In this document: positions 17,998 through 28,100 of the stretch, in pieces
How the letters are laid out: each line of letters opens with the position of its first letter
Position numbering within the stretch: position 1 is the first letter of the stretch
Sequence record: DRR723986_9123
Strand: one strand, 5' to 3'
DNA: 55,823 bases
The notes under the pieces: model-generated
What the model was told of the DNA's origin: nothing
The model's input: only the letters and a program-made list of their open reading frames with translations
Databases searched by the model: none
Made by a program: the position numbers and the translations under genes

Positions 17998-18158
17998 GTT
18001 CCTCGCGAGCTCCCCCGCCGAGCCGGTGGAGGTGACGGTATTCTGGCTGTGGCCGTTCGTTCCTCGTGCCCCCTGCCCTGCTAATTGTTCACGAACTCGG
18101 ACACTAGATGGCAATTGTTGAGACGTTGGCTTCTGAATAGCTGGCGTTTCAGGTGGGG

Positions 18159-19421
18159 CTAGCGGAATGTTTCATGGCTTGCGGACTCAGCAACGGCTTG
18201 GTCGATCCGTTTGCAGACTTCTTCAGTCTCCGCGCCACGAAGATTGAGCGGTGGAAGCAAGGCAACTCGGTCACGTTTGGGGCCAGCCAAGTGAGTCAGC
18301 AAGCCAGTTTTGAGGCAGGCTTCAACGAGCGACCTTGCGTTGTTAGATGCAACTTGAGATTCGCCAAGAAACTGAATCGTGCAGCTTGCACCGACTCCTC
18401 CGACAAGCGGCGTGAGATTGAGATCGCCCAGAGCGTCGTTGCAGAAGCTTCTAAGGCGGTCGCCAATGTTTTTAGCGCTTTCGAAAATGCTCCCGTCTTG
18501 CAAGCACTCTAGTGTCGCAATAGCAGCGGCGCATGCGATGGGATTTGCGGCAAAGGTTTCCGTTAAGCTCCCAGGTGGTGGCGAATCCATGATCTCTGCA
18601 GGACCCATGACCGCCGAAATTGGTGCCATGCCCGCAGCGAGGCTCTTGCCGATTACCAGCAAATCTGGCTTGATATCAAGTTGTTCCATCCGTGTCCAAT
18701 TGCCGCATCTCCCAAGGGCCGTTTGCACCTCATCGGCGATTAACACTATCTCGCAGCGTTTCGTCAATGACCAAAGACGCTGAAGGAAATCGTCCGGCGG
18801 AACGACCCAGCCAGCCACACCCAGGATGGGTTCAATCAGAATCGCTGAAATCTCATCCGCGCGATTTTCAATGTATTCGACAAACGCGTTTGCGCAAGCG
18901 AGCCTGCAAGCAGGAAATGAAAGCTCTAGTGGGCACCTTTGACAGGTTGGGAAGTATGCTTCGGTCGGCTGTTGTACAACGCCGCCGTGAATCTCAGTGA
19001 AAGCTAGAGTCCGGCCGTGAAAGGAGTCCTTTAGGCGAATCACTGCACCTGGACGAAAGGCTTTTGCACAGCGAACGGCGACCTCAACCGCTCTGGCTCC
19101 GCTGGAAGCAAAAGCAATCCTGGCTTGCTTGTCACGATCGGTGGCGATCCTCGACGCGAAGATCTCTAGGAGTTTGTCTGCCAGTGCCCACTGAAGAGCA
19201 TGAGCTTGGCCAGTAACGTGGTCTAGCTGCTGAACCTGCCGTGTCACTGCATCGACAATCGGCTCATAGCTGTGTCCCAGATTGGTAACAGAGAATCCGC
19301 AAGTCAAATCGATGTAGCGATTTCCGCTTTCATCCCAGAGCCACATGCCCTTTCCACCAGCCACGGTGATTTGGGCGCTGGGAGCGTAGTAGCGTTTATT
19401 CCCTTTTGCAATCCTATCCAT
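18159..19421 (-). CDS. Class III PLP aminotransferase (ArgD/GabT-like)
   Basis: LWDESGNRYIDL, NLGHS, SSGARAVE, SFHGRT, LIEPI, LIADEVQTALGRCG, GKSLAAG and TFAANP. Confidence 0.9.
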   Translation of the reverse strand: MDRIAKGNKRYYAPSAQITVAGGKGMWLWDESGNRYIDLTCGFSVTNLGHSYEPIVDAVTRQVQQLDHVTGQAHALQWALADKLLEIFASRIATDRDKQARIAFASSGARAVEVAVRCAKAFRPGAVIRLKDSFHGRTLAFTEIHGGVVQQPTEAYFPTCQRCPLELSFPACRLACANAFVEYIENRADEISAILIEPILGVAGWVVPPDDFLQRLWSLTKRCEIVLIADEVQTALGRCGNWTRMEQLDIKPDLLVIGKSLAAGMAPISAVMGPAEIMDSPPPGSLTETFAANPIACAAAIATLECLQDGSIFESAKNIGDRLRSFCNDALGDLNLTPLVGGVGASCTIQFLGESQVASNNARSLVEACLKTGLLTHLAGPKRDRVALLPPLNLRGAETEEVCKRIDQAVAESASHETFR

Positions 19422-19428
19422 CACAGGA

Positions 19429-19932
19429 TTACTGCTTCTTTGCCATCTGCTCGCGTAGAGGCCCAATCACGCTTCGCGGAACAAACTTGCTTAGCATCTC
19501 GTCATCGCTGAGCAGAGCGATCTGCTTAATGAGTGAACTCGATACGTGCGAACAGCCTTCGTCAGCCATTAGAAATACTGTTTCAATCTCAGGATCGAGC
19601 TGACGGTTCGCCATCAGCATCGTAAACTCGCCAGCAATATCCGTCAGGGGGCGGATGCCTCGTACCATGACTCGCGCCTTACATTCCTTGACGAAGGTCA
19701 CTGCCAGGGATGCAAAGGTCTCGACACGAACGTTCTCGAATGGTTCGGTGACCGTTTCCAGCAAGGCAACGCGTTGTTCTGGCGTGAAGAGAGACTTCTT
19801 TTCAACGTTGATGCCAACGCCTACGACCAGTTCATCGAAGAGTGTGCTCGCTCGCTGGATCACATTCAAATGACCAAGCGTCACTGGATCGAATGATCCG
19901 GTGTATACGGCTGTTTTTCCGGGGCTATTCAT
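19429..19932 (-). CDS. coaD: Phosphopantetheine adenylyltransferase
   Basis: AVYTGSFDPVTLGHL, VRGIR, EFTM..ANRQL..IETVFL and VSSSLIK. Confidence 0.97.
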   Translation of the reverse strand: MNSPGKTAVYTGSFDPVTLGHLNVIQRASTLFDELVVGVGINVEKKSLFTPEQRVALLETVTEPFENVRVETFASLAVTFVKECKARVMVRGIRPLTDIAGEFTMLMANRQLDPEIETVFLMADEGCSHVSSSLIKQIALLSDDEMLSKFVPRSVIGPLREQMAKKQ

Positions 19933-19998
19933 TCGGCTTGACCCATGGCCGTTGTCGGCGCAAAAGCGATGTGTTCGGATTCGCGAGAGCCAATCTGC

Positions 19999-21213
19999 CT
20001 AGGCATTGGCTGCTCGGTATTGTTCTAGGCTATCGATAAGCCGTTGGATTTCTTCGTCGTTGTTATAAGCATGAATAGCGATCCGCAGTCGTCCGCCGCG
20101 AACGCTGGTGACAATGCCGGAGCGTAGCAAGTGCCGTCGCGCTGCAGCATAGTCTGGGACAGCAGTCTCTGGGGGCACACTGGACGCTTCGCTGCCATGC
20201 CAGCCGATAGAAAGGATGCCACTTCGATGGTCCTCGCTACCGGGCAGGCAGACTTGGTAGTCTAACGCGCGAAGCTTACTGGCAGTGCGATCCACGGACT
20301 GTAAAATCTGCGACGCAAATTGACTGCTCGGATCGCTCGCTCCTGCCTCAATCAATACTCGCAGGCTTTGCCGCAATCCCAGGAGTCCCGGCATGTTGTA
20401 GGAACCGCCTTCGAATCGGCCAGCGGTGTCTTTCAGTTTTGACGCGCCGGGTTCAAAGCTGCCTTCGGCGAGGCTAGCCCAACCGATGCCAACTGGGCGA
20501 AGCTTTTCGATATGTTCTTGACGAATGAACGCAAACCCAGCTCCTTCGGGACCGAGCATCCATTTGTGACCGTCAGCACACACAAAGTCTACCTTGGTGG
20601 CTTTTACACTCAACGGAAATGCACCGAGGCCCTGAATCGCGTCAAGGCTAACGAGAGCGCCGTGTCGGTGGGCCAATTCAACCACGTCGGCCACGTTAAT
20701 GCGGTGACCACTCAGGAAGCCCACCCAGCTAATCGCGAGCAATCGAGTTCGAGAATCAAAGTACTCTTCAAGCAGATTGAGGTTGATATCGCCGTCCTGA
20801 CCAACAGGAAACTTGCGGACTTCGACTCCTAGACGCGACAACTGTTCCCAAGGGAGCGAGTTGGATGGAAATTCATTATCTGGCACGACGACATTGTCGC
20901 CACTTTGCCACTGAAGCCCCTCAGCGATCAGATTCAGACCTTGAGTGGTGTTGTTCAGGAAGCAGATTTCCGATTCATCCGCATCGACTAACTGAGCGGC
21001 CAAGCGGCGGAGATCCTGCAGACCAGCAGCCCAGTCGAGCCATTTGGCGTCTCCGCATGCGGCTGCGGTTGCCGCGTATTCGCTGATGGCTTGAGCGGAT
21101 GGTTGAGGCAGCGGACCAACGGCAGCGTGGTCGAAATAGGCGTACTGTTCGGTCACCGGCATCACAGCCCGCAAGCTAGCTTGAGCTGCGGTCGGAGTAC
21201 TTGTTTCTGCCAT
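19999..21213 (-). CDS. Class V PLP-dependent enzyme (cysteine desulfurase-like fold, no catalytic Cys)
   Basis: YFDHAAVGP, NTTQG, EFPSN, LDAIQGLG and ADGHKWMLGPEG (PLP Lys); the C-terminal loop reads SVRGG with no Cys. Confidence 0.85.
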   Translation of the reverse strand: MAETSTPTAAQASLRAVMPVTEQYAYFDHAAVGPLPQPSAQAISEYAATAAACGDAKWLDWAAGLQDLRRLAAQLVDADESEICFLNNTTQGLNLIAEGLQWQSGDNVVVPDNEFPSNSLPWEQLSRLGVEVRKFPVGQDGDINLNLLEEYFDSRTRLLAISWVGFLSGHRINVADVVELAHRHGALVSLDAIQGLGAFPLSVKATKVDFVCADGHKWMLGPEGAGFAFIRQEHIEKLRPVGIGWASLAEGSFEPGASKLKDTAGRFEGGSYNMPGLLGLRQSLRVLIEAGASDPSSQFASQILQSVDRTASKLRALDYQVCLPGSEDHRSGILSIGWHGSEASSVPPETAVPDYAAARRHLLRSGIVTSVRGGRLRIAIHAYNNDEEIQRLIDSLEQYRAANA

Positions 21214-21348
21214 GATGTCGTGCTTTCGGGGGCTTGGCGTCGCGACGACTAAGGGTGGCCGCCGAGACCGATTTTAGCGATTGATCCGGCCATGCAAGGG
21301 TTTGTGTTGGTCCACGACCGCTCAAAACGGGATAAATAGGGGACATAG

Positions 21349-21376
21349 GTGACAGAAGCCAGCATTGGACTATACT
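21349..21376 (+). promoter_or_regulatory. Sigma70-like promoter
   Basis: GTGACA-N16-TATACT upstream of the small membrane protein gene. Confidence 0.5.
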
Positions 21377-21380
21377 AGCC

Positions 21381-21522
21381 GGATGCTGCTTGGCGGTGAC
21401 TACTGCCGTCGTGTGAACGACATCTGATTACTGGCAACTTCATCTTCGGCTGAAGTGGGCTCGGCGACGGAAAGAGCAGCAGGAGCCTTATCCTGTGGGG
21501 TGCAGTGCGTATCTCACCTACA
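21381..21522 (+). ncRNA. Candidate structured leader or sRNA
   Basis: Consecutive hairpins with GUGA (GNRA) and cUUCGg tetraloops begin at the predicted TSS. Confidence 0.35.
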
Positions 21523-21554
21523 CTCGTCTGCTTACGAGCCAAAAAGGTCGGCTG

Positions 21555-21755
21555 ATGCCAAAAGCATTGTGTCTGGTTGGGCTGGTACTTGCCATCCTGG
21601 TCTGCCTTATATTCCTTCTGGATTTAATCCTGGCTTTGGCTGGGTCCGGCTACGCTCCTCTACAGGGTGCTAGCTTGCTCGTTGACGTGCTCTTCATCAT
21701 CAGCACTGCAGGGCTTGCTTGGGTCGCGTGGACCACCTTCAGAGAGCAGAAATAG
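21555..21755 (+). CDS. Small (66 aa) two-TM membrane protein
   Basis: MPKALCLVGLVLAILVCLIFLLDL...LLVDVLFIISTAGLAWVAWTTFREQK: two hydrophobic helices; AAAAGG upstream. Confidence 0.75.
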   Translation: MPKALCLVGLVLAILVCLIFLLDLILALAGSGYAPLQGASLLVDVLFIISTAGLAWVAWTTFREQK

Positions 21756-21918
21756 CCCTCCGCGCGACGCCATCGCGCCTCTACTAGCCCAGTTGCTTGC
21801 CGAAGGCAGCCTTCACCGGGCATGAAGTTTCGTGCCACCTTAGACGCCCGGCACAGACAGTTCGAGAGTCCGAGTGCAGGATTGTCGTCAATCGCTACTG
21901 GAAAACCCGCCTTTGGCA

Positions 21919-22377
21919 CTATGCTCGCACGTTAAGCGACGTGAGCGGCGTGGCCTTGGTCGATGTCGGAGCGGGCGTGTGAGACGAGTCACTGCGTCCG
22001 CCAGCAGCTCCGCTTTCCTTGAGGATCACCTGTTGCCAGGTCTCTTTCTCGATGTCGAGCAACATCTTAAGCTGAGCGAGATCTTCTGCGTTTTGCGTTT
22101 GCTCAACCTTCGTAACCAACTGCAACAGAAACACGTACAGGTCCGAAACGGATTGCCCGAGTGGGTTGGAGGCATCGCGAACGCCGCCCAAAAGCTCGCC
22201 CAGGATTTCGCGGATCCGCAAAAGCCATCCGTTTGCTTCTGACGTTTCACCACTTTTCCAAAGCGATTCGACTAACGTGCAGAGCTCTGAAGCACGAGAA
22301 ATGAGCATCCACCGGAGACGGATGGGGGATGCACCCATTACGTCCAATTTGAGGTAAGGGTTTTTTGCAGTCTGCAT
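21919..22377 (-). CDS. fliS: Flagellar export chaperone FliS
   Basis: NPYLKLDVMGASP..L..ML, EILGELL, LYVFL and IEKETWQQV match the FliS pattern. Confidence 0.8.
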   Translation of the reverse strand: MQTAKNPYLKLDVMGASPIRLRWMLISRASELCTLVESLWKSGETSEANGWLLRIREILGELLGGVRDASNPLGQSVSDLYVFLLQLVTKVEQTQNAEDLAQLKMLLDIEKETWQQVILKESGAAGGRSDSSHTPAPTSTKATPLTSLNVRA

Positions 22378-22613
22378 GTTCTTTCTCTGCCCGGAAATGA
22401 AGGTAGCCCAAACGGTCGAATCACCTTGATGCGGATACAATCCTGCCATTAAACCCTTCGCTCATATTTCGCATCTCGGTTGAAAGAAACGCCCGCCTTG
22501 GTTCTCATATGCTGAGAGCAGCAAATCACAATTAGGGTCGTAACAGTTATGACGCCGCAACTGGTTTGAGCAGGCTGCGCCGTTGTCCAACCTCAAGCTT
22601 TCACGCCGCGACC

Positions 22614-23384
22614 ATGAACCGACCAATCGAACTGACGAGTTCTAGCAACCCAAAGATTCAGCAAGTTCGACAACTGCGGGAGGCCAAGTGGAGGCGACGA
22701 AGCGGTTTGTTCTTGATCGATGGCGTGAGTGAAATACGCCAAGCCGCTGAAGCTGATATTGAGATTGAGGCCGTCTTCTACACTGATGACGCGCCGATTG
22801 CGTTGGACAATCATGCCTATCTGGTGACGCCAGACTTGATGTCCAAGATTGGCTATGGCCGACGAAGTGATCAACCTGTGGCCGTGGCGCGAACTCCCGA
22901 TTTGTCGGTCGATCGACTTCGGTGGGATGTTATTCAACGCGTGCTTGTGCTCGATCGTGCAGAAAAGCCTGGCAACATTGGCGCCTGCTTGAGAACGGCC
23001 GCCGCTTGTAGCGTGGATGCTTTGGTGCTTTGCGATCCTATTTGTGAGGTCTTCAATCCCAACGCGATACGTGCCAGTCGGGGGGCTGCCTTTAGATTGC
23101 CGGTTGCCGTTGCTACCCAGCAGCAGTTGTTAAGCCATCTCCCGAGTGGCATGCGGTTGTTCACTGCCCGTGTCGACGGAGCGAGGGGGCTTTGGGAATG
23201 TGATTTTCGCGACTCGCATTGCATCGTGCTTGGCAATGAGGCGGATGGTTTGGGGGAGAATTGGCGAATCGAAAAGGCGGAGTCGTTTAAAATTCCGATG
23301 GATTCACTTACCGATAGCTTGAACCTTTCCAATAGCTGCGCGATCGCTCTGTACGAGGCACGCCGCCAACGGGGACAACTGTAG
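22614..23384 (+). CDS. TrmH/SpoU-family RNA 2'-O-methyltransferase
   Basis: TSSSNPKI, KPGNIGACLRTA, NPNAIRASRG, LGNEADGL and IPM..DSLNLS. Confidence 0.93.
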   Translation: MNRPIELTSSSNPKIQQVRQLREAKWRRRSGLFLIDGVSEIRQAAEADIEIEAVFYTDDAPIALDNHAYLVTPDLMSKIGYGRRSDQPVAVARTPDLSVDRLRWDVIQRVLVLDRAEKPGNIGACLRTAAACSVDALVLCDPICEVFNPNAIRASRGAAFRLPVAVATQQQLLSHLPSGMRLFTARVDGARGLWECDFRDSHCIVLGNEADGLGENWRIEKAESFKIPMDSLTDSLNLSNSCAIALYEARRQRGQL

Positions 23385-23566
23385 CGATGAGAACGATCAT
23401 GCGTTTCACTCTCGACGCCCGCCTGCCTCAACGCCTGCCGCAGATTTAGCCCCCCTCAAACGCCCCAGCGGTATTTGCGGTAATGCTGTTTGACCGGCGC
23501 GTTGGCTGCGGGTAGAGTTGACCTGTGGTTTTTGCGTTTGGTTGACTGTTTGTTGGGTGTCCACGC

Positions 23567-24127
23567 ATGACGGTTGCTTACTTTAAGCGATACCGAATGG
23601 AGATTCGCGCGGATCGCGTGGGCGATTCTTTGCCAACCCATCCGCCTGAGGGTTTTCGGATGATGCCCTGGGCTGAGAATCTGATCAACGATCATGCCGA
23701 CGTGAAATGGATGAGCTTTCGCGAAGAATTGGATGCTCATGTATTTCCGTGTCTTGGGCGTCGCGACGGCTGCCGCAATCTGATGAGGGAAATTGCTGCA
23801 CGTAAGGACTTTGTTCCCGAGGCAACCTGGTTGGTCTGCCGTGAAAGCATCGAAGATGGGATCCAGGCTTGCGGAACGATTCAAGGGCTGAGGAGTGGGG
23901 CCCGCGAGGGCGCGATTCAGAATATAGGCGTGCACCCTGAGTGCCGTGACCTCGGTTTAGGGCGGGCTCTCGTCTCGCACTGTTTGGCAGGATTCTTGCA
24001 AGCCGGCTGTCGTTTTGTTCATCTAGAGGTGACGGTTGAAAATACCGCAGCAATTCGGCTGTACGAGCGTCTCGGATTTCGGAAAGTTGAGACGCTCTTC
24101 AAAGTAGCCGAAGTGCAACTGGCTTAA
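23567..24127 (+). CDS. GNAT-family N-acetyltransferase
   Basis: IQNIGVHPECRDLGLGRAL and LEVTVENTAAIRLYERLGF. Confidence 0.9.
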   Translation: MTVAYFKRYRMEIRADRVGDSLPTHPPEGFRMMPWAENLINDHADVKWMSFREELDAHVFPCLGRRDGCRNLMREIAARKDFVPEATWLVCRESIEDGIQACGTIQGLRSGAREGAIQNIGVHPECRDLGLGRALVSHCLAGFLQAGCRFVHLEVTVENTAAIRLYERLGFRKVETLFKVAEVQLA

Positions 24128-24486
24128 ACGTAGCGCCAGGGCCCTTCACGGTAAGAGCTTATTCGTCGCAGGTTCTTTGCTGTGCTGCTGGGCATGAGGT
24201 ATCGTGTTGCTCGTGTGTCGCAACGTCAGGCCTTCATGGCCTTCAGCGCGAACTCGAGCCAAGACCGCCAAAGCGGTGAATTTGCGCAGCCCCCATTAGG
24301 GGTTCCCGCCGCGTCTAGCCAGGCTTTCGGTGCGCCGTGACTGGCAATGCGGATTCTACTTGCTTCTTTCGTGCGACCGGCAATTCCCGGCTGCGTTGAC
24401 ATTTGCAGAGTAAGGGTATTGAATGAAGTCATTCAAGTGTGCTTGTCACGATCGTAGCCTTCAAAAGATAGTTCAACCGGAAAATC

Positions 24487-25182
24487 ATGGGCAAGTTAAG
24501 TGTTCGCGGCCTTACGAAGAGCTTCACATCATCTGCTGAGACGCTTAATGTGCTCGATGGTGTTGAACTAGATATGACCGCTGGCGAAAACCTTTCGATC
24601 GTTGGTCCCAGTGGTTGTGGAAAGTCGACGCTTCTCTACATCTTGGGAACTCTCGATACGCCGACCAGCGGTGATGTTACCCTTGGGGATACAAACCCGT
24701 TTTCGCTCAACGCTCGCAAGCTGGCAGCGTTTCGAAATGCGGAAATCGGATTCATCTTTCAGGACCATCACCTGTTGCCGCAACTTTCGGTGCTTGAGAA
24801 TGTTCTTCTGCCAGCGATGGCAAATTCGGCTCCGAGTTCTTCGGATCGAGAAAGGGCTACCAAGCTGGTCGAAGATGTCGGCTTGGCCGATCGATCGCAC
24901 CACCTACCGGGCCAATTGAGCGGAGGTGAACGGCAACGCGTTGCGGTTGCTCGAGCACTCTTGAAGAAACCTACGCTCCTGCTTGCTGACGAACCAACAG
25001 GAAATCTCGACGAAGAGAACACGCGGCGAATATCATCTACGCTGTTCGATCTACCGCGCCAGGAAGGTGCGATGCTGATTGTTGTAACCCACAGCCTGTG
25101 GCTTGCCGCTCAGGCGCAAAGGCAGATGAAGTTGGAAAGCAAGAAACTTGTCGCGGTGCAAGGAGATGCTACTGATGAGTAG
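24487..25182 (+). CDS. ABC transporter ATP-binding protein (LolD/MacB-like)
   Basis: GPSGCGKST, FIFQDHHL, LSGGERQR, LLADEPTGNLD and VTHS. Confidence 0.95.
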   Translation: MGKLSVRGLTKSFTSSAETLNVLDGVELDMTAGENLSIVGPSGCGKSTLLYILGTLDTPTSGDVTLGDTNPFSLNARKLAAFRNAEIGFIFQDHHLLPQLSVLENVLLPAMANSAPSSSDRERATKLVEDVGLADRSHHLPGQLSGGERQRVAVARALLKKPTLLLADEPTGNLDEENTRRISSTLFDLPRQEGAMLIVVTHSLWLAAQAQRQMKLESKKLVAVQGDATDE

Positions 25183-28100
25183 TCTGTCACTAGCAAAACT
25201 CTCTGTGCGCAGCGCGAGTTTCTTCAGACGCAGTCATCTAGGTTTGGCTCTTGGAATTGCTGCTGCCGTCGCCGTTATTGTGGGTGCACTCATCGTTGGC
25301 GACAGCGTCCGCCGCAGCCTGCAAGGGCTCGTGCTGGATCGGTTGGGTAATATCGAAGCAGTCATGCACTCTCGGTTCTTTGTTGCCGTTGAGACGCTGG
25401 ATGGGATCAGTGTCGACGAAGATTTGCAGCTAACACCTGCGATCATTTTGAGTCGATCGACGGTGGAGAGTCGCAAAGATCAAGCACTAACTCGCGCGTC
25501 CAATGTTCAAGTGATCGCCGCCGACGCCGGATTTTGGAGTGCTTCGCCAAAGGGTGTTTCCGCGGAGCTCGAAGCAGACGAAGTGGCGATCAACGCCTCC
25601 TTGGCCGCCGAGCTGCAAGTTGAAGTTGGTGATGAAATCACGCTTCGACTGAGCAAGACTCCCGGAGCTCCAGCAGATAATCCGCTTGGACGAAAAGACG
25701 ACGCACTCGTTAGCCTTCCACGACAAAAGGTTGTAGCGGTGCTTCCTGATGATTCAGTCGCTGGAATATCGTTAACCGCCGGTCAAAATGCTCCTAGAAA
25801 CGTCTTTTGCTCATTGCCCACTGTGCAGGACTCGCTCGAATGCGGGCCAAGCGTTAACGGGGCGATCGTATCGAGTCCTACTGCTAGGGCAACGGCCAGC
25901 GGAGCAACTCAAGAGCTTTGTGATGAATTGAACCTGAGCTTGACGCCGCGGCTCGAAGACTATGGACTTAAATTGGATCGTCATCGCTTAACCAGCGATG
26001 GGCGTTGGCTGGACGATGACGAACCTTCTGAAGACAGCCTGATTCAAGACTACTTCCAATTGTCTTCGACTGAATTGGTGATCGATGACAGCACCGTGAT
26101 GGCCGTCTACAAAGAATTCGGCGGCGAACGGGCCGTACCGACTCTCACGTACCTAGCTAACACGGTCGAGAAAACAACGCCGACGCCAGATGACCTGTCA
26201 CGCAGTCGGTCAGCGTATCGGTATTACTCAGCACGTGAGCGAGCCCGTCGCGGAGAGCCAGCGGTTGTTTTGGAGATGACTGGCGACTGGATGACCGAGT
26301 CGGAAGGGTCACGCTCTGAGCTTGATTTTAGTACTGCGGTACGCGGAAAGGCAGGTCCAGTAGATGAGCCACTTAGTCGTAGGATCCCCTACTCTATTGT
26401 GCTCGGTGTTAATTGGGATGATCAAGATGTTCTCAGGCTCAAAGACCTCATCGAAGTTGAATGGGCAAGTTTGAGGTTACCTTTCGTTTGGGTCAACGAT
26501 TGGTTAGCGGATGAGATTGATGTATCGGCGGGCGATTGGATCAAGGTGACCTACTTTGAACCAGAGACTGCAGATGGGATAGCGGTTGAAAGTGAGGTTA
26601 ACTTCATGGTCGCCGGTGTGGTACCCATTACCAAACCCTCGGCTCCTTACCGTAGAAATCGCCAAGCGAAGTTTGATGAGACTCCGACGCGATTCAATGA
26701 TCCGAACCTGACCCCGTCGGTTCCTGGTGTTACCGATCAAGATTCGATCTCAAAGTGGGATCTGCCGTTCTCGATTGACGAAGATTTAATTCTGCCAGAG
26801 GATGACGAGTATTGGAATTACTACAGGTTGACGCCGAAGATCTTTGCTCCGCTCGATATTGTGTCGCGGGATGAGTATTTCGGTAGCAGGTTTGGCCGTA
26901 TGACCGCAGTCCGCTTTGAAGCAGACAGTGTCGGTGATGAGTTGTCGCTTCGCAGTGAAATCGAAGAAGCTTTATTGAAAACGCGTGAATTAAAGGGATT
27001 GTCTTTTGCGCCGGTGCGCTACCAGCAGTTGAAAGCTGCCTCCGGTGCAACTCCTTTTGACGCATTGTTCCTGTCGCTGAGTTTCTTTGTTATTGTCGCT
27101 GCATTGTTGCTGGTGACACTCTTGCTGAAGTTGGGAATACAGAATCGGGCTAAGCAACTGGGACTGCTTTTTGCAAGTGGTTACACTCAAGGTCGAGTAC
27201 GTTCGATTCTCTTGTTGGAGTACACTGCGGTAACGATTGTTGGCTGCGTTATCGGCGTCGGGCTTGGGATTGGATACGCCAGGCTGATGATTGCGGGGCT
27301 TCAGTCCTGGTGGGTCGGTGCCATAGCGACGCCCTTCTTGCGGTTTTCATTCGGGCCTCTACCAGTCGTCGGCGGAGCTCTTGCTGGCTTCTTCGCATGT
27401 ATCGTCGTAATTTACTTTGTCATCAGTCGCTTGAGCCGACAGACTCCGCTGTCACTCTTGAGGGGAAATTCAAACGCTGCGTCAGGTCAGCGGAAACACG
27501 AACAAAAATGGTTGTTGGGCGCCGCTGGGATTTCTGCTCTGGGCGCAATCGGGCTGCTTGTTGCTGGGTTTGGGCAAAGCGGTATGGGGCGGGCCGGCAT
27601 GTTTTTCGGTTGCGGCTTCTTGATTCTGGCAGCACTGTTGATGATCGTGCATTTTGCACTCAATCAGCCCGGGCGTGGACAAGGAACGCGAGGGATCTGG
27701 AGCTTGGCTTGGAAGGCAACCTGTCGCAATCCGGTGCGAAGCTCTTTGGCTCTTGGGTTGCTTGCCGTCGCTAGCTTCTTGATAACTTCGATGGGCGTAT
27801 TTCAAGTAGCCCCCAGTCGGCTGGGGTACGGCGGCTTTGATCTGCTGGGCGAGAGTTCACAGCCAATCTATCGCAACCTTGCCTCAGCCTCGGTGCGCCA
27901 AGAGATGCTTGGCCCGGAAGCAAAACAGCTCATCAATTCTTCCGTCATCCCGATGCGCATGTTGCCGGGTGAAGATGCCAGTTGCAACAACTTGTTTCAG
28001 GCATCGCGACCAACGGTCCTGGGTGTCTCTACGCAGTTGTCTGATTTAACAGATCTGTCCCCAGATTCAGCTCGCTTTGCTTGGGCAGCCGCTAAGGATG

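Noticed and set aside
19999..21213. Calling this gene sufS/iscS
   Set aside because: The catalytic Cys loop is absent and there are no suf/isc neighbours.
21460..21482. CGGAAAGAGCAGC resembling SRP RNA helix 8
   Set aside because: Bases flanking GGAA do not pair and the CAGG side of the symmetric loop is missing.
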